Below are positions 10,163-20,057 of a stretch of 64,000 nt of DNA, in pieces. The first letter of the stretch is position 1. Each line of letters starts with the position of its first letter. Location: assembly GCA_021799535.1 (NCBI GenBank), contig JAJZAH010000001.1, positions 119,797 to 183,796 of the forward strand. The letters are read 5' to 3'. Source of the DNA: Nanobdellota archaeon. GTDB taxonomy: Archaea; Nanobdellota; Nanobdellia; Pacearchaeales; GW2011-AR1. Made by a program: the position numbers and the translations under genes. A model generated the notes under the pieces. That model was not told the origin of the DNA. It worked only from the letters and a program-made list of their open reading frames with translations, and ran no database searches.

Positions 10163-10432
10163 ATGAAGATTTCGAAAGAGAAAAGGGATAAGGTTTCAGA
10201 ACAGATTCTTGCTTTTCTCTTTCAGAAGAATCCTCAGCCCCAATTTACTTCTTACGTTGCTCAAGATATCGCAAGAGATGAGGAATTTACAAAAAAACTC
10301 CTTTTCTCTTTAAAAGGGAAGGAGTTAGTAATTGAGATAAAAAGGAATGCCAGTGGCTTAGAATATCTTCGGAGATCTCGATGGAAGCTTTCTCCAAAAG
10401 CTTATGAATTTTACGCAAGAAAACAAAAGTAA
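10163..10432 (+). CDS. Small basic protein, possible winged-helix DNA binder
   Basis: 89 aa, K/R-rich with a helix-turn-helix-like central segment. Confidence 0.3.
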   Translation: MKISKEKRDKVSEQILAFLFQKNPQPQFTSYVAQDIARDEEFTKKLLFSLKGKELVIEIKRNASGLEYLRRSRWKLSPKAYEFYARKQK

Positions 10433-10467
10433 TCTTCATTTTACAGTATCTCAATTCTTTTAAACTC

Positions 10468-11190
10468 TTGAGCTCCTTCTTTTTTATGGATGAATTAAAG
10501 GAGGCTTTTAGGAAGATTAAAGGTGATCTTTTGCATCTTAAAGAAGAGGTTTCATTTTTAAAAAAGGATCTTCAGAAAACTCAAGAAGGAGTAATTGAAA
10601 TTGGCAGAGCTATGATTTCTCTTGACAGGGAGATTTCTCTTTTAAAGTCAATTCAGACAGAAAAACCTTTTTTAAAGGCACAAGATTCTCTAAGTCCAAT
10701 AGATACGTCTCTTTTTACGCCTCAAAAACCTCAAATTTCGACTATTTCCAAAGGAAATGATGGGGTTCAGACAGACAGACAGACAAACCAACAAACAGAC
10801 AAACAGATAGAAAAGGGCCTTTTTATATCTTCGAAAACCTCCAAGGTAACTTCAGATTCTTTTAAAACAGCATCAGAGCTTCTTGAATCTTTAGACTCTT
10901 TAAAGAAAGAGATAAGGTTAAAATTCAAACGGCTGACTGAACAGGAACTTATTACTTTCTCGACGATATACCAAATTGAGGAAGAAAGGGGCTTTTGCGA
11001 TTATAAATCTCTTTCAGGATCTCTGAAAATCTCTGAAAGTTCGGTGAGAGATTATGTACGTCGACTTCTTCTCAAGGAAATCCCTATTGAAAAGTCAAAA
11101 GTAAACAATAAAGAAGTACACCTTTTTATCTCACCAAATCTTAAAAAAATAGCCTCCTTAAGTACTATTCTAAGACTTGTAGATCTGTAG
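10468..11190 (+). CDS. Coiled-coil / low-complexity QTD-linker / C-terminal wHTH protein (paralog A)
   Basis: N-terminal heptad-rich helix (DLLHLKEEVSFLKKDLQKTQE), QTDRQTNQQTDKQ low-complexity stretch, and a C-terminal HTH-like segment ITFSTIYQIEEERGF...SVRDYVRRL. Same architecture as the 11298..11936 gene. Confidence 0.4.
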   Translation: MSSFFFMDELKEAFRKIKGDLLHLKEEVSFLKKDLQKTQEGVIEIGRAMISLDREISLLKSIQTEKPFLKAQDSLSPIDTSLFTPQKPQISTISKGNDGVQTDRQTNQQTDKQIEKGLFISSKTSKVTSDSFKTASELLESLDSLKKEIRLKFKRLTEQELITFSTIYQIEEERGFCDYKSLSGSLKISESSVRDYVRRLLLKEIPIEKSKVNNKEVHLFISPNLKKIASLSTILRLVDL

Positions 11191-11297
11191 CCTTTATCTC
11201 AACCTTGCTGTTCTAGAAAGTTATTCGGTATACAAAATCACTCTTTTAACTCTCACATTCCTTTTAAGACCTCTATTTTTCAACTTTTTTATCTATT

Positions 11298-11936
11298 TTA
11301 ACTCTCTTTTTTCTGGTTTTCTCCCCCTTTTTTTTCACTTTTTACTCTCACTTTCTGTTTTTTTAGTAGTTTTTCTTTCATATTTTCTGGAATATATATC
11401 CTTTTTTTGCCATTTTTTTCAATAATTTCTTCAATTAAACCCTCACTTTTTGACTTTATTGCGTTTATTTGCCCTCTTATTGTTGCTTTTTCTTTATTTA
11501 ACATAGCTGCGAGATCTTCATAACTTAATTTCATGTCAGTATTTAAAAGTATAAACAACATAGCCCTCTCAGTTATTGAAAAATTGTCTAAATTTGGCGT
11601 TTGAACATCTGTTTGAACATCTGTTTGAACAGGGAAAACAGCTGTTTGTTTGCTCAACACTCTTTGATCTGTTTTAAACAGTCTGTTTGAACGGCTGTTT
11701 ATGTTTAAAACAGGCACTGAAGAAAGGATTTTCTTCAACTCCTCCAGATCTTCTTTTAGCGTCGACAATTCCTCCTTAATGGAATTTATGTCTTGTTTAT
11801 GAGCTTTTTTTTCCGAATCTAAGTGTTTAATCCATTCACCAACAGAAAGAATGTCTTTTTTAACTGATTCAAAACCAATTTTAGTTTCTTTTTTTATCTC
11901 CTCAATCTTCTTTTTTGATCCAAAATCCCAGAACAT
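11298..11936 (-). CDS. Coiled-coil / QTD-linker / C-terminal wHTH protein (paralog B)
   Basis: N-terminal coiled coil (INSIKEELSTLKEDLEELKK), QTDVQTDVQT repeat, and a C-terminal HTH-like segment ITERAMLFILLNTDMKLSYEDLAAMLNKEKATIRGQ. Convergent with paralog A. Confidence 0.4.
   Translation of the reverse strand: MFWDFGSKKKIEEIKKETKIGFESVKKDILSVGEWIKHLDSEKKAHKQDINSIKEELSTLKEDLEELKKILSSVPVLNINSRSNRLFKTDQRVLSKQTAVFPVQTDVQTDVQTPNLDNFSITERAMLFILLNTDMKLSYEDLAAMLNKEKATIRGQINAIKSKSEGLIEEIIEKNGKKRIYIPENMKEKLLKKQKVRVKSEKKGGENQKKES
11636..11647. repeat. Palindromic motif AAACAGCTGTTT
   Basis: Perfect 12-bp palindrome inside the paralog B coding region. Related copies are AACGGCTGTTT at 11690-11700, AAACAGCTGTC at 12053-12063, and AAACAGCCGTTT at 12082-12093 and 12104-12116 in the upstream intergenic region. 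Confidence 0.5.
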
Positions 11937-12081
11937 AAAGATTTAAACATAATTTTATTTAAAAATCTTTTCTTTTTCGTCGGAAAAAATAGTATTTTTT
12001 TGCTATTTTGCCTTCTTTTTTGTATTCCTTTTGCGATTTTTTGGTCCCACTTAAACAGCTGTCTTGTAATTTTTTGTGTGA

Positions 12082-12116
12082 AAACAGCCGTTTAAACAAC
12101 TATAAACAGCCGTTTT
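12082..12116. promoter_or_regulatory. Two direct copies of AAACAGCCGTTT, 22 bp apart, upstream of the minus-strand paralog B
   Basis: Seen directly in the sequence. Candidate operator for the wHTH protein. Confidence 0.35.
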
Positions 12117-12321
12117 CTCTCAATGTTTTTTGTAGGTTTCTTTGATTCCCTCGACAATTCTTGCTCATCTTTCGGCCCTCCTGTTTTTATTTTTGTAATT
12201 TTTAAAAGCAATCAAATGTTTTTCTTAACTTAGGAATCCTTAGTTAAAGGAATTCTTTGACCCTTTCGTCTCCTAGAAGGGATGGATGATTAGCTTGCTT
12301 CATTTTTTATTTAACCTTGAA

Positions 12322-12334
12322 ATAATTCGTATAA
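12322..12334. repeat. Motif ATAATTCGTATAA (copy 1)
   Basis: The 13-nt motif AtAaTTCGyAyAA recurs at 12405-12417, 12478-12490, 12706-12718 (with an inverted partner TTATGCGAAC at 12725-12734) and at 21578-21590 just upstream of the xerA-like gene. Confidence 0.5.
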
Positions 12335-12404
12335 CTCTAAGGACCCCATTTTATTCCTGAGAGGTTTGAATACTCTTATCTTTTTTTAATCATTCAATTT
12401 TAAA

Positions 12405-12417
12405 ATAATTCGCATAA
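12405..12417. repeat. Motif ATAATTCGCATAA (copy 2)
   Basis: See 12322. Confidence 0.5.
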
Positions 12418-12477
12418 TCTATGAATTTAACTTTTTTCTTAACCCTCCTGAAAAATTTTTTATAATTTCTCTAATAA

Positions 12478-12490
12478 ATAATTCGTACAA
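12478..12490. repeat. Motif ATAATTCGTACAA (copy 3)
   Basis: See 12322. Confidence 0.5.
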
Positions 12491-12705
12491 TCAAGATTGG
12501 GATTTTTTTGAGAATCCAATCTTTTTTTATTGATCTCTATCTCTCTTAATTTTATTCTTAAGAAGTTCTTATAATCTCTAATCTGATTAAATTACTTTTG
12601 TTAAGGGTTTTGTTTGACTTTTTTCTTAACCCTTTTCCCTTTTAATTTTAAAGTAATTTTTCCCTTTTTTATATTTAAAGCGCTGGAAAAAGTGCTTTCT
12701 TCTGA

Positions 12706-12734
12706 ATAGTTCGTACAAGGTATATTATGCGAAC
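12706..12734. repeat. Motif ATAGTTCGTACAA with inverted partner TTATGCGAAC (copy 4)
   Basis: See 12322. Forms an imperfect inverted repeat GTTCGTACAAGGTATATTATGCGAAC. Confidence 0.45.
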
Positions 12735-13049
12735 TTGCAAGAATTCCTTTTTATGCAGGATATTGTATCTTCAAGAATTTCTTTTGGAAAAATCCCCTTC
12801 TTCTCTGCGTCTTTGGAATTTTCAAGGTAAAAAATGAAAAAGTGAGAGTTAAAAATCCCAATTTTTCTTGATTAAAGGAACCTTGGTGAAAGAAACTCCA
12901 AAAATCTTCATGAGAGGAATTATTCTATTTACCGAATAAATCCTCAAAAAATTTCTATTTTGGCTTTTGAATTTGAGTAGCTTTTTTAGAAATATTTAAA
13001 ACCCTTTTTTTCATTTTTACTTCACTTAAACTTTACTTTTTCGAGAGTT

Positions 13050-15854
13050 ATGAAAGAAATAATTATAAAAGGTGCAAGGGAGCATAATCTGAAAAATGTT
13101 AGTCTCTCAATTCCCAAAGAGAAGTTAGTAGTTTTGACTGGTCTTTCTGGTTCAGGAAAATCAACACTTGCTTTTGATACACTTTATGCAGAAGGACAAA
13201 GGAGATATGTAGAGTCTCTCTCTTCTTATGCTAGGCAATTTCTTGGGGTAATGGATAAACCAGATGTGGACTCGATTGAAGGGTTAAGCCCTGCTATCTC
13301 TATCGAGCAGAAAACGACATCGAAAAATCCCCGTTCGACCGTTGGGACGGTGACTGAAATTTACGATTATCTTAGACTCCTTTATGCGAGGGTTGGAGTC
13401 CCTTATTGTCCCGAACATAATGAACCGATAATTTCCCAGACTCCCGAAGAGATTGCAAGAAGGATAAGGGAAGAATTTAAGGGTGAGGTCTCTATTTTCT
13501 CTCCGGTTGTCAGACAAAAGAAGGGAACTTACGAGAAGCTTTTGTTGGATTATAACAAAGAAGGGTATTCAAAGGTCCGTGTTGATGGGAAAATTATGAG
13601 GACTGATGAGAAGATTAATCTTGAAAGGTACAAAATGCATGATATAGACTTGTTTATTGATAAACTAAATCCTTTTGATTCTTTCAGGGTGACGGAAGCA
13701 GTGGAAAGTGCCCTTAATTCTTCTGGAGGACTTTTAATCGTGGAAGGATCCGATAAAAAAGAAAAGACTTTTTCAAGCAATCTCGCTTGCCCGAAGTGCG
13801 GTCTTTCATTTGAGGAGTTACAGCCAAGGATGTTTTCTTTTAATTCCCCCTTCGGAGCATGTGAAGAATGCCATGGTTTAGGTGTAAAAATTGAATTTGA
13901 CCCGGACCTTATAATCCTAGATAAATCCAAGTCAATAATTGACGGGGCCATAAAAGTTTATGGTAAGATGGAGAGTTCATGGAGACGACAGCAACTCGCA
14001 GTGGTCGGGAAAAATTTTGGTTTTAGCCTCTTCACCCCAATAAAAGACCTTACAAAAAAACAGCTTGACGCCCTCTTTTATGGCTCATCGAAAAAAATAA
14101 AGGGGAGATGGGTCGGAGGGGCCGATATGCATTTTGACAACGGTTGGGAAGGTCTTATACCTCAGTCCGAAAGGCTTTTCAAGGAAACCCAGTCTGAGTA
14201 CCGGAAGAAAGAACTTGAGAAATTTATGAGCTCGTCTGTTTGCCAGAGTTGCCATGGGAAAAGGCTTAAAGACAAGGTCTTGGCAGTGAAGGTTGGAAGA
14301 AGATCAATAATAGAAGTTACTGATTTATCTGTAAGGGATGCATTGGGTTTTTTTAGAAGTCTGGCTCTTTCGGATAAGGACGAGCTAATTGCCCGCCAGA
14401 TATTAAAAGAAATAAAATCAAGGTTGGAATTCCTTGAGAATGTGGGACTTGGATATCTCACTCTTTCAAGAAGTTCAGGCACACTTTCAGGAGGCGAAGG
14501 GCAAAGGATAAGACTTGCGACGCAAATTGGTTCTAATCTAACAGGAGTCCTATATGTCCTTGATGAGCCTTCTATTGGGCTCCATCAACGAGACAATAAG
14601 AAGCTTATCGAGACATTATATAAACTCAGGGATTTGGGGAATACGCTTGTTGTTGTGGAGCACGACGAAGACACAATCCGAGGAGCAGATTACGTGGTAG
14701 ATATAGGGCCCGGTGCAGGAATCCATGGGGGAAAGATTGTTGCTCAAGGCTCCCCAGAAGAGATAGAAAAAAATAAAAATTCCCTTACAGGTCAGTATCT
14801 TTCAGGCAAAGAAGAGATTCTTATCCCAAAAAAAAGGAGAGAAAAAGGATCGCCGATTAAAGTTAAAGGTGCGCAGGAGCACAATCTTAAAAACATTGAT
14901 ATTGAGATTCCTACACAGTGTCTTAATCTTGTCACAGGTGTTTCCGGTTCAGGAAAATCCACTTTGGTAAATGAGATTATCTATAAAGGGCTTTCAAAAA
15001 AACTTAACTCTTCAGGTGAAACCCCCGGGAAGCACAAAGAGATATATCTGGAAGCCTTCTTGGATAAAGTTCTTATCATTGATCAATCCCCAATTGGAAA
15101 GACTCCAAGAAGTAATCCTGCAACTTACATAAAAGTTTTCGATGAGATAAGAGAGGTTTTCTCACAGACTAAAGAGGCTAAACTGAAAGGTTACAAGATC
15201 GGGAGGTTCTCCTTTAATGTGAAAGGAGGGAGATGCGAAAAATGCAAAGGTGATGGGACCATAAAAATAGAGATGAATTTCCTCCCAGATGTTTATGTAG
15301 AATGCGAAGAGTGCCATGGGAAAAGATACAATCGTGAAACTCTTGAAGTAAAATACAAGGATAAATCAATAGCAGATGTCTTAGATATGTCCACTGAAGA
15401 AGCTCTGGATTTTTTTCAATTTATCCCTTCTGTAAGGCGAAAGCTTGAAACTCTTGTTAAAGTTGGCCTTGGGTATATTAAATTGGGCCAGAGCTCAGTT
15501 ACCTTATCAGGCGGAGAAAGCCAAAGGATAAAATTGACAAAAGAGCTTGGGAAAAGATCAACAGGAAAAACTTTATATATTCTTGACGAGCCAACAACCG
15601 GGTTACATTTTCACGATGTCAAGAAGCTTATTGAAGTTGTCCAGGAGCTTGTGGACAAAGGGAATACAATGATCATAATTGAACACAACCTTGACGTAAT
15701 AAAGTGTGCGGACAACATTGTCGATCTTGGGCCTGAAGGAGGAGATGAAGGCGGAGAGGTTGTTGTGACGGGGACTCCCGAGGAAGTCGCTAAGTGCGAT
15801 AAGTCATGGACAGGAAAGTATTTGAAAGAAGTTTTGAGGAAGGGAAATCACTAA
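13050..15854 (+). CDS. uvrA: Excinuclease ABC subunit A (UvrA)
   Basis: 934 aa. Two ABC modules (GLSGSGKST and GVSGSGKST Walker A; LSGGEGQR and LSGGESQR signatures) and zinc-finger Cys pairs. Confidence 0.9.
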   Translation: MKEIIIKGAREHNLKNVSLSIPKEKLVVLTGLSGSGKSTLAFDTLYAEGQRRYVESLSSYARQFLGVMDKPDVDSIEGLSPAISIEQKTTSKNPRSTVGTVTEIYDYLRLLYARVGVPYCPEHNEPIISQTPEEIARRIREEFKGEVSIFSPVVRQKKGTYEKLLLDYNKEGYSKVRVDGKIMRTDEKINLERYKMHDIDLFIDKLNPFDSFRVTEAVESALNSSGGLLIVEGSDKKEKTFSSNLACPKCGLSFEELQPRMFSFNSPFGACEECHGLGVKIEFDPDLIILDKSKSIIDGAIKVYGKMESSWRRQQLAVVGKNFGFSLFTPIKDLTKKQLDALFYGSSKKIKGRWVGGADMHFDNGWEGLIPQSERLFKETQSEYRKKELEKFMSSSVCQSCHGKRLKDKVLAVKVGRRSIIEVTDLSVRDALGFFRSLALSDKDELIARQILKEIKSRLEFLENVGLGYLTLSRSSGTLSGGEGQRIRLATQIGSNLTGVLYVLDEPSIGLHQRDNKKLIETLYKLRDLGNTLVVVEHDEDTIRGADYVVDIGPGAGIHGGKIVAQGSPEEIEKNKNSLTGQYLSGKEEILIPKKRREKGSPIKVKGAQEHNLKNIDIEIPTQCLNLVTGVSGSGKSTLVNEIIYKGLSKKLNSSGETPGKHKEIYLEAFLDKVLIIDQSPIGKTPRSNPATYIKVFDEIREVFSQTKEAKLKGYKIGRFSFNVKGGRCEKCKGDGTIKIEMNFLPDVYVECEECHGKRYNRETLEVKYKDKSIADVLDMSTEEALDFFQFIPSVRRKLETLVKVGLGYIKLGQSSVTLSGGESQRIKLTKELGKRSTGKTLYILDEPTTGLHFHDVKKLIEVVQELVDKGNTMIIIEHNLDVIKCADNIVDLGPEGGDEGGEVVVTGTPEEVAKCDKSWTGKYLKEVLRKGNH

Positions 15855-15884
15855 GTTTATAATTTTCTTTCGCTTCCTACGATT

Positions 15885-17462
15885 ATGAAACCATCTGAAA
15901 TGTCAATTTTGCCGTCGGATCCCGGGTGTTACTTGTATAAGGACAGATTTGGAAAAGTGATTTATATCGGGAAAGCTAAAAATCTCAGAAAAAGAGTTTC
16001 TTCTTATTTTTTTAATAAGAATCATGATTCAAAGACCAGAGCATTAATAAAAAATATATCTGATATAGATTTTATAGTCACAAACTCTGAAGTCGAGGCT
16101 TTCCTTCTTGAGAATAACCTTATAAAAAAATATACCCCGAGGTATAATATAAATCTGAAAGATTCAAAGTCTTATCCTATAATTGAGATAACCCACGATT
16201 CGTTTCCAAGGCTTGTCTCTTCGAGAAGCGAGAAAATAAAGAATGAGAAAGACAGCCGTGGGGTCTTTGGGCCTTTTACTTCAGGAAAGACAAGGGATTA
16301 TCTTCTTTCGACTTTGAACCGTGCATTCAAATTAAGAACCTGCAGGAAGCTCCCAAAAAGAAAGTGTATAAGGTACGATTTGGGCTTGTGTTCCGCTCCG
16401 TGCATAGGGAAAATTTCAAAAGAAGATTATACCGAGAGTGTGGAAAAAGCCAGGATGGTGCTGCGGGGAAAAACCTCGGAACTCCTTTCAAAGTTGAAGG
16501 ATTTGATGAAAAAATATTCTGATGATGAGGAATATGAAAAAGCCATTAAACTGAGAGAAGAGATTTCCTCTTTGAAATCACTTGGAGAGAGGCAAAATGT
16601 CGAGAGGAATAAGAGGTACGATGAGGATATCATAAACTTTATAATCAAATCTGGAAAGATTTATCTTCTCCTTTTTAATTCCCATCACGGAATCTTGGAG
16701 AATAAGCAGTCTTATGAATTTAATTATAGTGGAGATTTTCTGGAAGAGTTTCTTCTAATGTACTATGACGAGAATCCGATCCCAAAAAAGGTGATCCTCC
16801 CAGAAGAAGTTTCCGAATCATTCCAGAATTTTCTCTCATCAAAAAAAGGATCCCTTGTTGATATGATCGTTCCACAAAAAGGGGAGCTCAAATCTCTTCT
16901 TGAACTGGTAAAGAAAAATGTCGAGATACAGTTCTTCGGAAATTTAGAAAGAGTCAAGGCTCTTCAAAAAATATTGTCTCTTCCTTCCCCTCCCTATGTT
17001 ATAGAATGCTTTGATATCTCTCATCTTTCTGGAACGGAGGTTGTCGCTTCTATGGTTCAGTTCAGAAATGGCCAACCAGACAAGTCAAATTATAGAAAGT
17101 TCAAGATAAGATCTTTTAAAGGAAATGATGATTTCAAAGCCATGAATGAGGTTGTGAAAAGAAGGTACTCAAGACTCAAAAGAGAAAAAGAGCCGATGCC
17201 GGATCTGGTGGTTATTGATGGGGGGACGGGACAGTTGAATTCCTCAATAAAAGCCCTTGAAGAAATTAATGTTAAGCTTCAGATAATCTCCCTTGCCAAA
17301 AAACTTGAAGAGGTCTACATTCCAGGAAATTCGGTTCCGTTGAGGTTTGATGATAAAAATAAGGGGCTTTTGCTTCTTAGGGCAATCCGTGATGAAGCAC
17401 ACAGATTTGTAATTACTTTCCAACGCCTAAGAAGGAGCAAGAGGCTCTTTGGAAAAGAATGA
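15885..17462 (+). CDS. uvrC: Excinuclease ABC subunit C (UvrC)
   Basis: N-terminal GIY-YIG (GCYLYKDRFGKVIYIGKAKNLRKRVSSYF), a UvrBC-interaction region and an Endo V-like domain. At 525 aa it is shorter than bacterial UvrC, and the C-terminal HhH appears reduced. Confidence 0.8.
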   Translation: MKPSEMSILPSDPGCYLYKDRFGKVIYIGKAKNLRKRVSSYFFNKNHDSKTRALIKNISDIDFIVTNSEVEAFLLENNLIKKYTPRYNINLKDSKSYPIIEITHDSFPRLVSSRSEKIKNEKDSRGVFGPFTSGKTRDYLLSTLNRAFKLRTCRKLPKRKCIRYDLGLCSAPCIGKISKEDYTESVEKARMVLRGKTSELLSKLKDLMKKYSDDEEYEKAIKLREEISSLKSLGERQNVERNKRYDEDIINFIIKSGKIYLLLFNSHHGILENKQSYEFNYSGDFLEEFLLMYYDENPIPKKVILPEEVSESFQNFLSSKKGSLVDMIVPQKGELKSLLELVKKNVEIQFFGNLERVKALQKILSLPSPPYVIECFDISHLSGTEVVASMVQFRNGQPDKSNYRKFKIRSFKGNDDFKAMNEVVKRRYSRLKREKEPMPDLVVIDGGTGQLNSSIKALEEINVKLQIISLAKKLEEVYIPGNSVPLRFDDKNKGLLLLRAIRDEAHRFVITFQRLRRSKRLFGKE

Positions 17463-17501
17463 GCCCATAAATCTTTTAACTCTATCATTTTTAGTTTTTT
17501 T

Positions 17502-19448
17502 ATGGAAAGAAGACGATTTGAACTCATATCCAAAAACAAGCCAGCAGGTTCACAGCCAGAAGCAATAAAAGAATTGTCAGAGGGTATAAAACGTGGTGTC
17601 AAGATGCAGACTCTTTTGGGTGTGACAGGCTCCGGGAAAACCTTCACGATTGCAAATGTTATCAATCATGTTCAAATGCCTACTCTAGTGATTGCTCACA
17701 ACAAAACTCTGGCAGCCCAATTGTATGAAGAATTAAAAATGCTTTTTCCAAAAAATAAAGTGGAATATTTTGTTTCATATTACGACTATTACCAGCCGGA
17801 ATCTTACATTCCCACCACTGATCAATATATTGAGAAGGACGCTGCGATAAATTCGCGGCTTGATCAGATGAGGCTTGCAGCCACATCCTCGATTCTTGCA
17901 AGAAGTGATACTATTGTAGTTGCTTCGGTCTCGTGCATATATGGACTCGGAAATCCCGAAAATTATCTTGGGTTCAGGTTTTCTGTTGAGAAAGGTGAGA
18001 AAATCGAGCGAAAAGAGCTATTGAAAAAGCTGCTTGATTCCCAATACGAGAGAAATGATATGGAACTTGAGTGGGGACGTTTCAGAGTGAAAGGAAACAC
18101 CGTAGACTTGATCCCTACGGATTTTGAAAACATAATTCGAATTGAGATATTGGATGGAGCTATAGAGAGGATTGCTGAACTTGACAGGATAACAGGAGAA
18201 AAAGTTGAGACTTGGGATCATTTCACAATTTACCCAGCAAAGCACTTTGTTGTTCCAGAAGAGGAATTTGAAGAGGTGGAAAAATCAATACTTGAAGAGC
18301 TTGAAAAGGATCTTCCAAGTTTGGGTCAGCTTGAGGCTCACAGGTTAAAACAAAGGACAATGTATGATCTTGAGATGATAAAAGAAACTGGCTATTGCAA
18401 AGGCATTGAAAATTATTCAAGGCACTTTGATAAGAGGGCTCCTGGTGAGAAGCCTTACTGCCTTTTGGATTATTTTAGGGGGGAATTCCTTATCGTTATA
18501 GATGAGAGCCACCAGACAATCCCGCAGCTTCACGGGATGTATCGGGGAGATTTGTCAAGGAAGAAAAATCTTGTTGATTACGGATTCAGGCTTGAAAGTG
18601 CTTATGATAACCGTCCTCTGCGTTTTGAAGAGTTTGAAGAATACCTTAAGGGGAATAAAGCCATCTTTGTTTCGGCCACTCCAGCTTTTTATGAAAGAGA
18701 ACATTCTTCAAAGGTTGTCGAGCAGATCATAAGGCCGACGGGTCTTCTAGATCCCGAAGTCGAAATAAGGGAAGGAAGAACTCAAGTAAAGGATGTTACC
18801 GCTGAAATCCAAAAGGTTGTTAAAAAGGGAAATCGAGTTCTTGTGACGACTCTCACAAAGAAACTAGCTGAAGAACTGACTGATTATCTTGCGGAGCAGG
18901 GAATTAAAGCAAGATACCTTCATTCAGAGATTGATACTCTTGAAAGGACAGAGATAATAAGGGAGTTGAGGCTGGGGGAATTTGATGTTTTGATTGGGAT
19001 AAATCTTTTGAGGGAGGGTTTGGATATTCCTGAAGTCGGTTTTGTGGGAATTCTTGACGCAGATAAAGAGGGCTTTCTAAGAAATGACAAATCCCTTATA
19101 CAAACGATTGGCCGTGCGGCAAGAAATTCTGAGTCCAAGGTCATACTTTATGCTGATGAGCTTACGGAGTCTATTCAGATTGCTGTAGCAGAGACGCAAA
19201 GAAGAAGGGCTCTCCAGATGAAGTTCAATGAGGAAAATCATATAATCCCTAAGACTATAATTAAACCGATAAAAGAAAAGGAAGTTGAAGTGAGTGATAC
19301 GAAATATATCCCTAAAAAAGAGATTCCTAATTTAATCATCGAACTGGACAAAACCATGAAAGTCGCTGCAGAGAAACTTGACTTTGAGACTGCTATAAAG
19401 CTGAGGAATAAAATAAAAAGTCTTCAGGAAAGAATTGGGAAAAAATAA
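17502..19448 (+). CDS. uvrB: Excinuclease ABC subunit B (UvrB)
   Basis: SF2 helicase motifs: GVTGSGKT, Walker B DESH, and the C-terminal UvrB/UvrC interaction helix (KLDFETAIKLRNKIKSLQE). Confidence 0.9.
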   Translation: MERRRFELISKNKPAGSQPEAIKELSEGIKRGVKMQTLLGVTGSGKTFTIANVINHVQMPTLVIAHNKTLAAQLYEELKMLFPKNKVEYFVSYYDYYQPESYIPTTDQYIEKDAAINSRLDQMRLAATSSILARSDTIVVASVSCIYGLGNPENYLGFRFSVEKGEKIERKELLKKLLDSQYERNDMELEWGRFRVKGNTVDLIPTDFENIIRIEILDGAIERIAELDRITGEKVETWDHFTIYPAKHFVVPEEEFEEVEKSILEELEKDLPSLGQLEAHRLKQRTMYDLEMIKETGYCKGIENYSRHFDKRAPGEKPYCLLDYFRGEFLIVIDESHQTIPQLHGMYRGDLSRKKNLVDYGFRLESAYDNRPLRFEEFEEYLKGNKAIFVSATPAFYEREHSSKVVEQIIRPTGLLDPEVEIREGRTQVKDVTAEIQKVVKKGNRVLVTTLTKKLAEELTDYLAEQGIKARYLHSEIDTLERTEIIRELRLGEFDVLIGINLLREGLDIPEVGFVGILDADKEGFLRNDKSLIQTIGRAARNSESKVILYADELTESIQIAVAETQRRRALQMKFNEENHIIPKTIIKPIKEKEVEVSDTKYIPKKEIPNLIIELDKTMKVAAEKLDFETAIKLRNKIKSLQERIGKK

Positions 19449-19463
19449 GCTTATAAATAAAAT

Positions 19464-19835
19464 TTGTGTGATCTTAATATGAAAAATTTGGCTCCGGAGA
19501 TAATGCGCAAAAGGATATTAATTGAAGGATTTTATGATCTTGAAGTTAATGAGAAGGTTATCAAAGATTTTTACAGTGAAATAACCTCAAAACTTTCCCT
19601 GAGAGTTTATGGCGAACCGATAATCCATGCAACAAGCGGTCAGGGAAAAGAGATTAACGAGGGGTATGACGCATTCGTTCCATTAATTGATTCGGGTATT
19701 TATCTTGGGGTCTGGGCCAATAAGAGTTTTCTTTCTCTGATTCTTTACACCTGTAAAGACTTTGACAGTAACAAAGCAGTTGAAATAACTAAGAGATTTT
19801 GGAAAATTAAAAAAATTGCACGAAAGGTTTTCTAA
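19464..19835 (+). CDS. S-adenosylmethionine decarboxylase-like (SpeH/class 1 pyruvoyl proenzyme family) protein
   Basis: 123 aa. SLILYTCKD matches the conserved SIDVYTCGD of SpeH. PLIDSGIYLGVW aligns to the ISESHLTIHSFPE self-cleavage region, with DSG in place of ESH. Confidence 0.45.
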   Translation: MCDLNMKNLAPEIMRKRILIEGFYDLEVNEKVIKDFYSEITSKLSLRVYGEPIIHATSGQGKEINEGYDAFVPLIDSGIYLGVWANKSFLSLILYTCKDFDSNKAVEITKRFWKIKKIARKVF

Positions 19836-19837
19836 AT

Positions 19838-20056
19838 TTACCCTCCAATTTCGTCTCTTAGTACAACTTTGTACTTCCTATCAAATTGCCTCTGCTTTAG
19901 CATGTTTATCGTCCCTTCGATTGTAAGAGCTACTCCTGCGAGGAGCCAGAACCAGTCAGAGCTGATGCTGATTATCTTGAGGAGCTTTAAGAGAGTTCCT
20001 AAAACTAGCAGGAAGCCGAATAGTACTAGCATGATGTAACTGAAAAGGTTTTTCAT
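19838..20056 (-). CDS. Small membrane protein
   Basis: 72 aa with two hydrophobic helices. Confidence 0.25.
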   Translation of the reverse strand: MKNLFSYIMLVLFGFLLVLGTLLKLLKIISISSDWFWLLAGVALTIEGTINMLKQRQFDRKYKVVLRDEIGG

Positions 20057-20057
20057 C

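Noticed and set aside
11937-13049. RNase P RNA or SRP RNA in the long ORF-free region
   Set aside because: Conserved cores (the RNase P AGGAAAGUCCGGGC-like motif or SRP domain IV) are not visible, so only the repeated 13-mer motif is reported.
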